Numbered from the stretch's first letter, positions 38,086 through 46,722 are shown. The stretch: DNA of 49,409 nucleotides from Gammaproteobacteria bacterium (GCA_009922705.1 RFUY01000001.1:1-49409); one strand, 5' to 3'. Notes: a model not told the origin generated them from the letters alone. Numbers and translations: made by a program.

Positions 38086-39288
38086 ATGTCTGAGTTTGAT
38101 CCACATCGCGTCCGCTTGGGTGCGAACAAAGAGCTGCATGCGCGTCCGTTTCCAGAGCTGCCTGCGGCTGTTCGTTTAGTCCATCTCTGTGTTCGCTCGT
38201 CTCCAAAGACCTGGCCGACAGTGCGTGGCTGGATCCAGCGGCGCATTACGGATCTGCCTGACGAGTTTTCTGGTCGTTGGGTCCGTGATGCGATGGATGG
38301 TTGGTGCCGCGTCGAGTTGCACACAGAATTTGTGGCGATCACGCTCGTCGTTCCGGATGGGCTCCAGTTTTCGGAAGTCGCCGATGCGCAATGGCTTGGG
38401 CAAGTACCCAGCGATATCTTTGTCTTGGCCCGTTTAACCTCGGAAGTTGGGCAGGCGGCGTTTGACCCTCAATTTGAAGCCGTGAGTGAGTTTCTGGATG
38501 GCTCCGTTTTGGCGGCCTCGAACTTTAGTCCGGACACAGCAGGGTTCTCCAATTGGCAGGTCCGTTTTGTCGACGACCCGGGGCCTGAGGCCTCTGGCCG
38601 TCTCTTGCAGTTAATCTTAGAAATCGAAACCTATCGGACCTTGGCGGTGGTGGGTATTGATAAAGTGCGTCAAGCACACCCTGTGCTGCAATCTGTGGCA
38701 ACCGCCTTACCGAAGAGCATTGCCAAGGCGTTGGATCATGCGCAAATGTTGCAGATGCTGGAAACCTTGACGGCAGAGGCATCTCGATTGCATGAAATTT
38801 GGGAGGAACTTGCCTGGCGTATCGGGGCAAACCAGGCATATCACAATCTCGTTTTTCAGCGCTTGGCGGACTTGGCTGATCGTCCTTCGGGGGGCGCAGT
38901 GAGCCTGTCTCAGTTTTTACGACGGCGCCTAACGCCCGCGATCGCGACAATGGAAACGGTTATGCGGCGTCGTGATGAGCTTGCGCGTCAGGTTGAGGAC
39001 CGCGCAGATCTTCTGCGAACTCAATTGCAGTTAAATCTGCAAAGTCAGACCCGTGACCTGTTGGCGAGTCTAGAACGCAGCGCAGTCACGCAAATTCGAC
39101 TGCAGACGGCCGTCGAAGGGTTGTCCACAGTTGCGATCGCGTATTACGCCTTAAACTTACTCACCCCAATGATCGAGCCCTGGGTCCCTCACGATCAATT
39201 AGCATGGGTCAAAGCAGGTCTCGCACCAGTGGTCGTTGGATCGGTGTGGTGGGTCTTATCGCGAATTCGGAACCGCGTCAGTCACTAG
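38086..39288 (+). CDS. DUF3422 family membrane-anchored protein
   Basis: ELHARPF, E.HTEF, GRLLQ..LEIETYR.LA, FL.RRL.PA, LRLQ..VEGLS..AI.YY and two C-terminal TMs. Confidence 0.88.
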   Translation: MSEFDPHRVRLGANKELHARPFPELPAAVRLVHLCVRSSPKTWPTVRGWIQRRITDLPDEFSGRWVRDAMDGWCRVELHTEFVAITLVVPDGLQFSEVADAQWLGQVPSDIFVLARLTSEVGQAAFDPQFEAVSEFLDGSVLAASNFSPDTAGFSNWQVRFVDDPGPEASGRLLQLILEIETYRTLAVVGIDKVRQAHPVLQSVATALPKSIAKALDHAQMLQMLETLTAEASRLHEIWEELAWRIGANQAYHNLVFQRLADLADRPSGGAVSLSQFLRRRLTPAIATMETVMRRRDELARQVEDRADLLRTQLQLNLQSQTRDLLASLERSAVTQIRLQTAVEGLSTVAIAYYALNLLTPMIEPWVPHDQLAWVKAGLAPVVVGSVWWVLSRIRNRVSH

Positions 39289-39660
39289 TCCCAGCGCCTG
39301 CGCCTCGGACTCACTGATCACTCGATTGTGCTGGTCGACGAACACCACTTGTGGCGCGTGCTCTCGCGCTTCATCCGGTGTGAATTGCGCAAAGGTCGCG
39401 AGAATTAAAATGTCGCCAACCGCGACCTGACGTGCCGCGGATCCGTTCACAGAGATGATTCCTGACCCACGAGGTGCTTCGATGGCATAGGTGATAAAGC
39501 GTGCACCATTGGTGACATTCCACACGTGAAGCTGTTCGTACGGAGACATGCCGGCAATATCGAGCAAGTCCTGATCGATTGCACAAGAGCCAATGTAGTG
39601 CAATTCAGCGGCGGTCGTGGTGACACGATGTAGTTTGCTCGCAAGCAGCGTCCGTTGCAT
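39256..39660 (-). CDS. panD: Aspartate 1-decarboxylase (pyruvoyl)
   Basis: MQRTLL.SKLHR, cleavage site YIG-SC, NGARF.TY and NGSAAR; GGAGG SD before ATG 39660. Confidence 0.96.
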   Translation of the reverse strand: MQRTLLASKLHRVTTTAAELHYIGSCAIDQDLLDIAGMSPYEQLHVWNVTNGARFITYAIEAPRGSGIISVNGSAARQVAVGDILILATFAQFTPDEAREHAPQVVFVDQHNRVISESEAQALGLVTDAVPNSR

Positions 39661-39682
39661 AGTTCCTCCCGAGTCAGGGCGC

Positions 39683-39710
39683 ATCATAATGGACTTCGGG
39701 GATGGAACAA
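39683..39710 (-). promoter_or_regulatory. Putative sigma70 promoter of panD
   Basis: TTGTTC-16 nt-TATGAT followed by GC-rich GCGCCC. Confidence 0.45.
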
Positions 39711-39742
39711 AGCACGTCTTTCGTGCCTCTTGTGTCGCGTTT

Positions 39743-40597
39743 TTAGCCGTCTGTTGGGGAGTCGACCAGCAGGGCAGAGACATATCCCGGCAGACCAAAG
39801 GCGCCATGGTGGGCAGCCGGGGTGTAATAGTTCAGCGGGCCAAGCGTGCCGGACCTAGATCGCAGCGACTCGATCGAAGGTAGGCTGAATGGGGCATGAC
39901 TTGCGAAGCCCATCGCCATGGGACCCCCGACGTAGGTTGGGACCGTCGTCAGGTAGCAGGACCGCGTTTCGAACAGTCCGCGCCAACGCTGGTAAGTATT
40001 TGTGAGCTCTTGTCCCTGAAGAAAGGGCACTCCATTTTGCGTAATGAGAATGCCAGAGGGCGTGAGCAGTCGTGCACAGTGCCGGTAGAAGTCTGTTTCA
40101 AAGAGAACCTCAGCCGGTCCGATTGGATCTGTTGAGTCAGCGATAATGACATCAAATTGATCCTGGCAATCGTGGACAAAGGCGGCGCCATCATTGATGG
40201 TTAGGGTCAGACGGGGGTCTTCAAAGCTACCGGCCGAGTGATTGGGAAAAAACTGTGTACACAGCTCCACCACACTTGCGTCGATTTCCACCTGGGTGAT
40301 GTGCTCGACAGTTTGATGTTTGCAGACTTCGCGGAGAATGCCGCCATCACCACCGCCGATAATTAACACGCGTTGAGGGTGTGGGTGAGTCAGGAGTGGG
40401 ACATGCACCATCATCTCATGGTAGATGAACTCATCACGACTCGTGGTTTGCGTCACGCCATCGAGCGCCATGACACGGCCGAAAAGTTCGTTTTCAAAGA
40501 TAATTAGGTGCTGATGGTCCGTTTGCTGCTCAAATAACACCCGCGTTTGGCCAAAATTTTGGCCCCACGCGGGGTAGAGCGATTCCTGAAAACGCAT
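39743..40597 (-). CDS. speE: Spermidine synthase (polyamine aminopropyltransferase)
   Basis: [31 protein letters not shown] and PTY.GG; ATG overlaps the speD stop (TGATG). Confidence 0.96.
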   Translation of the reverse strand: MRFQESLYPAWGQNFGQTRVLFEQQTDHQHLIIFENELFGRVMALDGVTQTTSRDEFIYHEMMVHVPLLTHPHPQRVLIIGGGDGGILREVCKHQTVEHITQVEIDASVVELCTQFFPNHSAGSFEDPRLTLTINDGAAFVHDCQDQFDVIIADSTDPIGPAEVLFETDFYRHCARLLTPSGILITQNGVPFLQGQELTNTYQRWRGLFETRSCYLTTVPTYVGGPMAMGFASHAPFSLPSIESLRSRSGTLGPLNYYTPAAHHGAFGLPGYVSALLVDSPTDG

Positions 40598-41040
40598 CAA
40601 AGGACTTTGCCGCGACGCTCTTCAACCACTTCGACACGGCCTGGACGGAAATATCGACTGAGAATCTCAATCGCCCGATGGGGATTGGAATCACCGCACA
40701 TGAATACGTCGAAGGCCGCGTAATTTTTTTCAGGCCAGGTGTGCACCGAAATGTGTGATTCGGCGAGCACAGCGACGCCACTGATTCCGCCATTTGGTGT
40801 GAAGTGATGGAGATGAATGTGCAACAGGGTGGCTGCGCATTCTTCAACGCAGGTCCGCATTGCGGTTTCCATCCGTTCGAGGCAGTCGAGGTCACGTGCT
40901 TCCCAAAGATCGATGATCAAATGGGTGCCGGCGAAGACTTCGCCATCTCGGTGAATGAAATGATCAAGCGATTGATCATTCTGGGCTAATTGGTCGTGTT
41001 GTGGCCAGGCTTGTGTGGCGACAGCGGTCAACGTGCTCAA
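40597..41040 (-). CDS. speD: S-adenosylmethionine decarboxylase proenzyme (class 1B, pyruvoyl)
   Basis: GTHLIIDLW, HFTP.GG.SG, LAE-SH cleavage site, HTWPE and DVFMCG. Start uncertain: TTG 41040 preferred (AGGGGG upstream); ATG 41106 is an alternative. Confidence 0.95.
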   Translation of the reverse strand: MSTLTAVATQAWPQHDQLAQNDQSLDHFIHRDGEVFAGTHLIIDLWEARDLDCLERMETAMRTCVEECAATLLHIHLHHFTPNGGISGVAVLAESHISVHTWPEKNYAAFDVFMCGDSNPHRAIEILSRYFRPGRVEVVEERRGKVL

Positions 41041-41156
41041 TTCAGGTGATACCCCCTGGATCCGGTCTGTGTCAGTCAATTGCGATGACACCCGGTGGGT
41101 CGGCATCGCGCTAAATAACGAGCATAAATCCTCTGTAAGAAGCTCAGATGGCGCGA

Positions 41157-41184
41157 AGTGTAGAGACTTTTGTCGTGATGACAA
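41157..41184 (-). promoter_or_regulatory. Putative sigma70 promoter of the speD leader
   Basis: TTGTCA (41184-41179)-16 nt-TACACT (41162-41157), then a GC-rich discriminator TCGCGCC; AT-rich UP-like region upstream. Confidence 0.6.
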
Positions 41185-41236
41185 CCGTTTCGGCTATAAA
41201 TTTATGCAAAAAAATACACGCGACAGAGCGACGCCG

Positions 41237-41557
41237 CTAAGCCGCTTCGAGTGATTGGTTTGCCGCGGAGGTTGATTGGAACCGGGATTCCTCCGCCGAA
41301 ATCATGGCGAGTCTGCTGTTCTGCCGAGACTTTTGGAAAATGTAATACAGCCCGATTGCGACGAAGACGATATTAATCGCCATGGATGGAATGGCGCCGA
41401 AGTAGGCACAACTGACCGCAAGACAACTCCCACTGGCGATATTCGCGAGATGGAAGCGGTAAGCCGTGCCTTGCACCCAGCCTTTGACGAGACTGAGGTA
41501 GGCAAAGAGGTACAGTGCCCCCCCAATCCAACCTAGTAGCGTCATTACACTGTCCAT
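41237..41557 (-). CDS. Small membrane protein, CBU_0592-like
   Basis: GWIGGALYLFAY...N..SG.CL......AIPS..INIVF; three TM segments; GGAG SD. Confidence 0.75.
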   Translation of the reverse strand: MDSVMTLLGWIGGALYLFAYLSLVKGWVQGTAYRFHLANIASGSCLAVSCAYFGAIPSMAINIVFVAIGLYYIFQKSRQNSRLAMISAEESRFQSTSAANQSLEAA

Positions 41558-41825
41558 CGCGGCTCCCCACAGTCGGCGCGCAGTCTACCCAAGGGATTTT
41601 GGAAATCAATTCAATTTATTAAAATAAATTCAGTGTGTTATCGCATATACTTGGCCTATATTATTTTTGTTAACGAAAGGTTTTTTGGATGAATTTGGGG
41701 GGCTTCTCGCGGAAGCGCTCGCAGGTCATGCCGGAGTCCTGAGTCTCGGTCGTTTGGGGGCGAATGAATTCTCGCTGTCATCCGCGTATGAGTCGTCCAA
41801 GTTGGACAGGTTGCGAAGGAGTTTT

Positions 41826-42011
41826 ATGCTGGAATTTACTGACATCTGTTGCCCTTACTGTGGCGAATCTCAGTCGATCGATGTCGATCTCTCTGGAGGT
41901 GACCAAACCTATTGGCAGGACTGCCAAGTCTGCTGCTGTCCGATGTTGTGTGATCTGGTGGTTGAGGGCGACGCGCAATTCTCTCTAACGGTGCGACGCG
42001 AGGATGATTAG
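41826..42011 (+). CDS. CPXCG motif-containing cysteine-rich (Zn-ribbon) protein
   Basis: CPYCGE...D.SGGDQTY.QDCQVCC.P; AAGGAG SD before ATG 41826. Confidence 0.9.
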   Translation: MLEFTDICCPYCGESQSIDVDLSGGDQTYWQDCQVCCCPMLCDLVVEGDAQFSLTVRREDD

Positions 42012-42013
42012 CC

Positions 42014-42622
42014 GTGTCGTTTGACCTTTGGCTCACCTATGTGGGCGCCATGCTGCTGATCAGTCTGTCTCCGGGCTCGGGTTGCATGAATACATTGTCC
42101 ACCGCTTTAGCCGTCGGGTTTCGACGCTCATGGTCTGCGATCGCGGGTTTACAGGTGGGGTTGATCATTCAGTTGGGTGTCGTGGGGATTGGTCTGAGTG
42201 CATTGCTGGCAACAACGCCTTGGGCCTTTTCGTTATTGCAATGGATTGGCGTTGCTTACCTGGCGTGGATTGGTCTTGAGAAACTCCGGATGCGGCCAAC
42301 TGGATTCGCGAGTGCGTCAATCGGTGAGGGGCGTGATCAGTTTGTGCGTGCGTTGCTGCTTAACAGCACCAATCCCAAATCATTTGTGTTTCTTGGCGTG
42401 TTTTTTCCACGGTTTGTGATGATCGATCAACCACTTCTGCCGCAATACGGTGTGCTTGCGGTGACCTCAGTCGTGATCGATACCGCGGTCATGTTTGGGT
42501 ATGCGGCCATGGCCGCTCGGGTCCGCCTATTTCTGCAAAGTCCCGAACGCCTGCATCGTACCCAACAGGTCTTTGGTCTCCTATTTCTGACCGCAGCCCT
42601 AGGACTCGCACTGTCCCACTGA
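42014..42622 (+). CDS. LysE family exporter (RhtB-like)
   Basis: ISLSPGSG, GLQ.GL, GVAYL.W.G and NPKS.VF...FFP.F. Confidence 0.9.
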   Translation: MSFDLWLTYVGAMLLISLSPGSGCMNTLSTALAVGFRRSWSAIAGLQVGLIIQLGVVGIGLSALLATTPWAFSLLQWIGVAYLAWIGLEKLRMRPTGFASASIGEGRDQFVRALLLNSTNPKSFVFLGVFFPRFVMIDQPLLPQYGVLAVTSVVIDTAVMFGYAAMAARVRLFLQSPERLHRTQQVFGLLFLTAALGLALSH

Positions 42623-42623
42623 G

Positions 42624-43073
42624 TTAGGCAGCAAACACCTGACTCCAGCGAGAGTGGTCCGTCAGAGCCATCAGTTCAAGAGGGTCGAGTGCCATCCAGC
42701 TGTTTGCAACTCCGCCGGGAATCCAAACACAGGGGGAGCTCATGATGCTGGGGTGCAAGCTGGCTTCCAACAAATGTGGATGACCAAAGGGTGGGAGCCA
42801 CTCGGCCGGATAGCCTGTCAGCAAGAGCGTCTGAGTGGCCGATGCGATCCGTTCATCGGGTGCATGTGGACACTCGATCGTCCACGGATGCACCACGATT
42901 CTAGGGGCTCGCTCTGGCCGCAACAGCAATGTGGTTTGCAAGATATGCGATTCGTCGCAGCCGAGTTCCAAGGCCAAATTGTGACGTGCCACTGGAACCG
43001 CATACAACTTGGCGTTTGAACCCACGCGCTCTAGATATTCGAGCAAACCAAGTGGGGGTGTCATTGTTTTCAT
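42624..43073 (-). CDS. YbaK/ProX-like aminoacyl-tRNA deacylase domain protein (divergent)
   Basis: A.ELG....I..T..L, A......TGY...LPPFGH and W..GG....M pattern; key residues altered (see findings). Confidence 0.65.
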   Translation of the reverse strand: MKTMTPPLGLLEYLERVGSNAKLYAVPVARHNLALELGCDESHILQTTLLLRPERAPRIVVHPWTIECPHAPDERIASATQTLLLTGYPAEWLPPFGHPHLLEASLHPSIMSSPCVWIPGGVANSWMALDPLELMALTDHSRWSQVFAA

Positions 43074-43214
43074 CCTGAGAATTTTATCACGAATTTTGCG
43101 GAAAATGAGGGTGGTCGAATTTTGCGCCGCGCTGGTGCGAATTCCCATCAAACGCTGGGCGAGCGGGGAGCTTGTCGACGGTTATGCTGGCCGCTCAAAG
43201 AAGGAGATTTGAAC

Positions 43215-43832
43215 ATGCGTATTTCAACACCGACCTTTATTTCGCAAGCCATGCGTCAGGCCATCGTTGCCCAAGGCTGGGACTTTCGAGTGGAGCCTCT
43301 GGGCCTGTCTAAAACAACCGACTGTGATGTTGGACTGGTTTCGTTGGCAAGCACGACATTGGACAAGGTGCTGGCGCTATTGATTGAAGAGCCTCCATTT
43401 CCGGTGCTCGTGTTGGATCCCACACCGAGTGTCGAGACCGGTAAATTAATTCTCCGGGCGGGTGGCGCCGGCTATGACAGCGATCAGCTCGGGATCTCGG
43501 AGTGTTTGACTGCGCTCTCGGTGGTGGGTTCTGAAGACCTGTGGGCAAGTCGTGACCTGTTGCAGAGTGTCGTGCGTGGGATGCTCGAGATTGAATCTCC
43601 ACATCGCTATTTTCCAATTGCCACCTTGTCTCCGCGAGAAATTGAGGTCGCCCGCTTCGTCGCGGCAGGCTTGCCGAATAAACGGATTGCGCTGCGAATG
43701 CGGGTGACTGAGCGCACTGTGAAAGCGCATCTCAGTAGTATTTTTCAAAAAACCGAGGCGTCAGATCGACTCGAGTTGGCTTTGTTGATGCGCGGTGAAT
43801 TGCCGGAGCGGATTCGCATAAATCTCCAATAA
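43215..43832 (+). CDS. LuxR-type HTH regulator with degenerate receiver-like N-terminus
   Basis: LSPRE.EV...VA.G..NKRIA..M.VTERTVKAHLSSIF.K....RLELAL; AAGGAG SD (TTG 43209 or ATG 43215). Confidence 0.88.
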   Translation: MRISTPTFISQAMRQAIVAQGWDFRVEPLGLSKTTDCDVGLVSLASTTLDKVLALLIEEPPFPVLVLDPTPSVETGKLILRAGGAGYDSDQLGISECLTALSVVGSEDLWASRDLLQSVVRGMLEIESPHRYFPIATLSPREIEVARFVAAGLPNKRIALRMRVTERTVKAHLSSIFQKTEASDRLELALLMRGELPERIRINLQ

Positions 43833-44903
43833 TTGGGTACGGTCGACGTCTGGCGTGGTCTCCAGGAGGGCTTTAAACCGGGCGACTACGTCGGGCAAGA
43901 AACCGTCACGAATTGGCTCGCCTTTCAACAATTGATCGGCAAGACGGCTGGTATCAAAGATCCGTTGGCCCGCATGAATACTCTGATCGATGTGCCCAGC
44001 AAGTTGTTGAGGATCAAGTGTCTCGCTGACCTCGATGACCTGCCCAAAGTGCAGGTGCACGCGACCCTTCCAGCCAAGCATACCGGTGGTGATGCTCACT
44101 AAATCCTCATTTTCAGCTTTGGTGTAGTCACCGTGCTCACGGCGCAGGCGGAGTTCTCTCGCTTTCATCGGGGCGCAGGGATCAAATTCGTAGGAGATGG
44201 AGACCGGAACAATGTGGAGCGCTGACAGTGCTTGGGCGAATGACTCTTCTCGCGCTTTCCCAGCCATTGCCAACATTTTAAGAATTGCTGGATCAGTACT
44301 GTCAATCCCGTCTTTTGCACGGCCTTCGCGATGCGCGATCCAGACCGAGTGGCCCGTTTCAATGCTTTCTCGGATATAGCTTGAGAGTTCTGAGTAGGCC
44401 TTAAGCATCTCTCTTGGCCCTGACAGATTACGCCGCACGATAAAACTCTTGTTGAGGCGCATCAGGTCGCCGATGTAGGCGCGACGAACCAAGTTGTCCC
44501 CAATCGCAATGCGGACGGTCTCAAACCCGTTGTTATACAACGCCCAATTCACAAACGCCGGATCCATGGCAATGTCGCGATGATTGCTCAAAAACAGATA
44601 ACTTTTTGCCGGGGAGAGGTGTTCAAGCCCTGACACCGTAAAAGACTCAGTTGAAACGCGCAGGATCCGGGCCAAATACGGCTCAATGGCCTCTTGGAAT
44701 TGGCGGACGTTGTCGACCCCTGAAAAACTCTTGCGTAACTCGGCACTCACACGTCCTCTCAGCAGGGGACGAAACAGCCGATACCAGCGGCCGAGTCGAT
44801 AGGTGCCAATCGCATCGATCAGCTCACGGTTACCGAACAAGTCTCGTAACACCCGTGCGACATCCGCATCGCCGTAGGGTGTGATATCTGTTGTGGGGTG
44901 CAT
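43761..44903 (-). CDS. Glycerolipid acyltransferase (PlsC/GPAT family)
   Basis: HX4D motif NHRDIAMD, IAIGDNL, REGRAKDG and PVSISYE.DP. Confidence 0.9.
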   Translation of the reverse strand: MHPTTDITPYGDADVARVLRDLFGNRELIDAIGTYRLGRWYRLFRPLLRGRVSAELRKSFSGVDNVRQFQEAIEPYLARILRVSTESFTVSGLEHLSPAKSYLFLSNHRDIAMDPAFVNWALYNNGFETVRIAIGDNLVRRAYIGDLMRLNKSFIVRRNLSGPREMLKAYSELSSYIRESIETGHSVWIAHREGRAKDGIDSTDPAILKMLAMAGKAREESFAQALSALHIVPVSISYEFDPCAPMKARELRLRREHGDYTKAENEDLVSITTGMLGWKGRVHLHFGQVIEVSETLDPQQLAGHIDQSIHAGQRIFDTSRLADQLLKGEPIRDGFLPDVVARFKALLETTPDVDRTQLLEIYANPLRQFTAHQQSQLESI

Positions 44904-44940
44904 TCAGTTATCCTTTCACCGATGCCTAGTATAGCCATGG

Positions 44941-45672
44941 ATGACCCTGAGAATGTACCGTCTCCCAGCTTTCCCTGACTGCTGGTCAAACCAGCTTGAT
45001 CTGAGTCTTGTCATGCCGCTTCTGACCGAGGTTGGAGCGCGACTTCAGGCGGCGTCTTTCACGGAGACAATCGTGCCTAACGCGTCGGATGTTTTCCGAG
45101 CGCTGGTTGAAACCCCTCCAGAACAGGTCCGTTGTGTGATCGTTGGTCAGGATCCATACCATGGTGTGGGGCAAGCGATGGGCTTGAGTTTTTCAGTCCC
45201 AGTGGGGTGTCCAAAGCCACCGTCTTTGAGAAATCTGCTACGTGAACGTGACGCTGATCTTGGTTTGGTCTCGGGTCCCAATGGGGATTTAACACCTTGG
45301 GCACGCTCAGGCGTCTTGTTGTTAAATCGGGTGCTCACTGTGCAGAGCGGTAACGCGGGGAGTCACAGAGGTCTCGGCTGGGAGCCCTTGACTGACGCGA
45401 TCATTCGCGCGGTGAGTGCCTCTCAGGCACATTGCGTGTTTGTCTTGTGGGGGCGCGATGCACAGTCCCTAGCGCCCTGTATCGATCAGAGGCATACCGT
45501 CTTGTCTGGGGTACACCCCTCACCCTTATCAGCACATCGCGGATTTTTTGGCTCGCGCCCATTCTCCCGCGTTAATGATGCCCTCATCGCTCGGGGCCAA
45601 TCTCCCATTTCATGGGCGTTGCCGGGGGATCACCGGTTCGACGGGGAAGGGGACACCGCGCAATTGTTCTGA
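44941..45672 (+). CDS. ung: Uracil-DNA glycosylase (family 1)
   Basis: GQDPYH, GLSFSV, PPSLRN, GVLLLN..LTV and HPSPLSA. Start may be slightly later. Confidence 0.96.
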   Translation: MTLRMYRLPAFPDCWSNQLDLSLVMPLLTEVGARLQAASFTETIVPNASDVFRALVETPPEQVRCVIVGQDPYHGVGQAMGLSFSVPVGCPKPPSLRNLLRERDADLGLVSGPNGDLTPWARSGVLLLNRVLTVQSGNAGSHRGLGWEPLTDAIIRAVSASQAHCVFVLWGRDAQSLAPCIDQRHTVLSGVHPSPLSAHRGFFGSRPFSRVNDALIARGQSPISWALPGDHRFDGEGDTAQLF

Positions 45673-46416
45673 GTGTGCTGTTGCGTCAATCACGACAAGC
45701 GCCCGAGACTCCTCGGCGAGTTGTACGGTTTGCACCACTTCACCGGTCCAGTCAGCGATATTGACCTCCTGCCCAATCTCAAGCGTAACAGGGCTGTCGT
45801 AGCGTTGTGCATAGCGCTTTACACGGCCTAAGTGTTCTAACCGTGCGACCACCTCCTGTCCCGTGTAACACCCTTTTTGGAAGCTCACACCCTGCAGGAG
45901 TGGATAGTGAAGTTGTTGCGGAAGGAATCGGTCTGACACCGCGTCGTGCACGAATGTGAAGCCTGCTTCAATTTGATCGCGCAGCGCCGTTGTCTCGAGA
46001 CCAGTCTCTGCACCGAGTACCCAGTGCGTCTGGCCATGCTCTGTAATCGTGAGCTGATCATGATCCCGCGTTAGCTGACCCGCAGGCGCGCTCACCTCGC
46101 TACACTTTAAAGACACCGGTCTTGGATCAGGCTGCAGTTCGACGCGTGCCAGTCGCGCAAAGGGCGTTAAGTGGTGGATCAGCCGCTCAATGACATCGGT
46201 GCAGGTCAAAATACAGGCACCATCGGTGGTTGCCCAAATGCGGCCAGCAGCGATCAATCGCCCCTTGGTCGAGCAGAACCCAGCCAGCGGTGCGTGGGCA
46301 TCGCTCAATCCTTTCACCGCTTGGGTACACTGCCCATGCAGCATTTGTAATGCTTGGGCGCCGCGTAGAGCGACGCAACCGTACATGTCTTGCGAAGGAG
46401 AGGCTGTTGTTTTCAT
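45610..46416 (-). CDS. ygfZ: Folate-binding Fe-S/tRNA-modification protein YgfZ
   Basis: KGCYTGQEVVAR signature; divergent from sdhE. Confidence 0.93.
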   Translation of the reverse strand: MKTTASPSQDMYGCVALRGAQALQMLHGQCTQAVKGLSDAHAPLAGFCSTKGRLIAAGRIWATTDGACILTCTDVIERLIHHLTPFARLARVELQPDPRPVSLKCSEVSAPAGQLTRDHDQLTITEHGQTHWVLGAETGLETTALRDQIEAGFTFVHDAVSDRFLPQQLHYPLLQGVSFQKGCYTGQEVVARLEHLGRVKRYAQRYDSPVTLEIGQEVNIADWTGEVVQTVQLAEESRALVVIDATAHSEQLRGVPFPVEPVIPRQRP

Positions 46417-46452
46417 CCGGGGTGCTACACTTCAGGTTTGGAAGGAAGGAAT

Positions 46453-46722
46453 ATGGACGAACGCGCTGAATTCAACCGACTGTACTGGCATTCGCGTCGT
46501 GGTATGTTGGAAATCGATGTGATGTTGATGCCATTTACGCAGCAGCATTTTCAGACGTTAACGCCAGCCGATCAGCAAGCATATCGGGCGCTTCTGGACT
46601 GCGAGGACCAAGACATTTGGGAATGGCTGCGAGGCTTTAAGCCCCCTGAAGACCCAAATCTTGCGCGCATCGTGATGGAAATTCGGACCCGCGTTGGCGA
46701 TCTTGCGCCGCGGTCTTCTTGA
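46453..46722 (+). CDS. sdhE: FAD assembly factor SdhE
   Basis: RLYWHSRRGMLEID (RGxxE motif) and LL.CEDQD.W.W; AAGGA SD. Confidence 0.94.
   Translation: MDERAEFNRLYWHSRRGMLEIDVMLMPFTQQHFQTLTPADQQAYRALLDCEDQDIWEWLRGFKPPEDPNLARIVMEIRTRVGDLAPRSS

Noticed and set aside
41106-41184. 195-aa SpeD starting at TTG 41184, as in the ORF track
   Set aside because: That TTG is the -35 hexamer of the predicted promoter and lies upstream of the likely transcription start.
41638-41675. dif-like site (CGCATA...TATATTAT...GTTAA)
   Set aside because: Spacing does not fit the 11-6-11 XerC/XerD layout, and the TTATGTTAAAT arm is missing.
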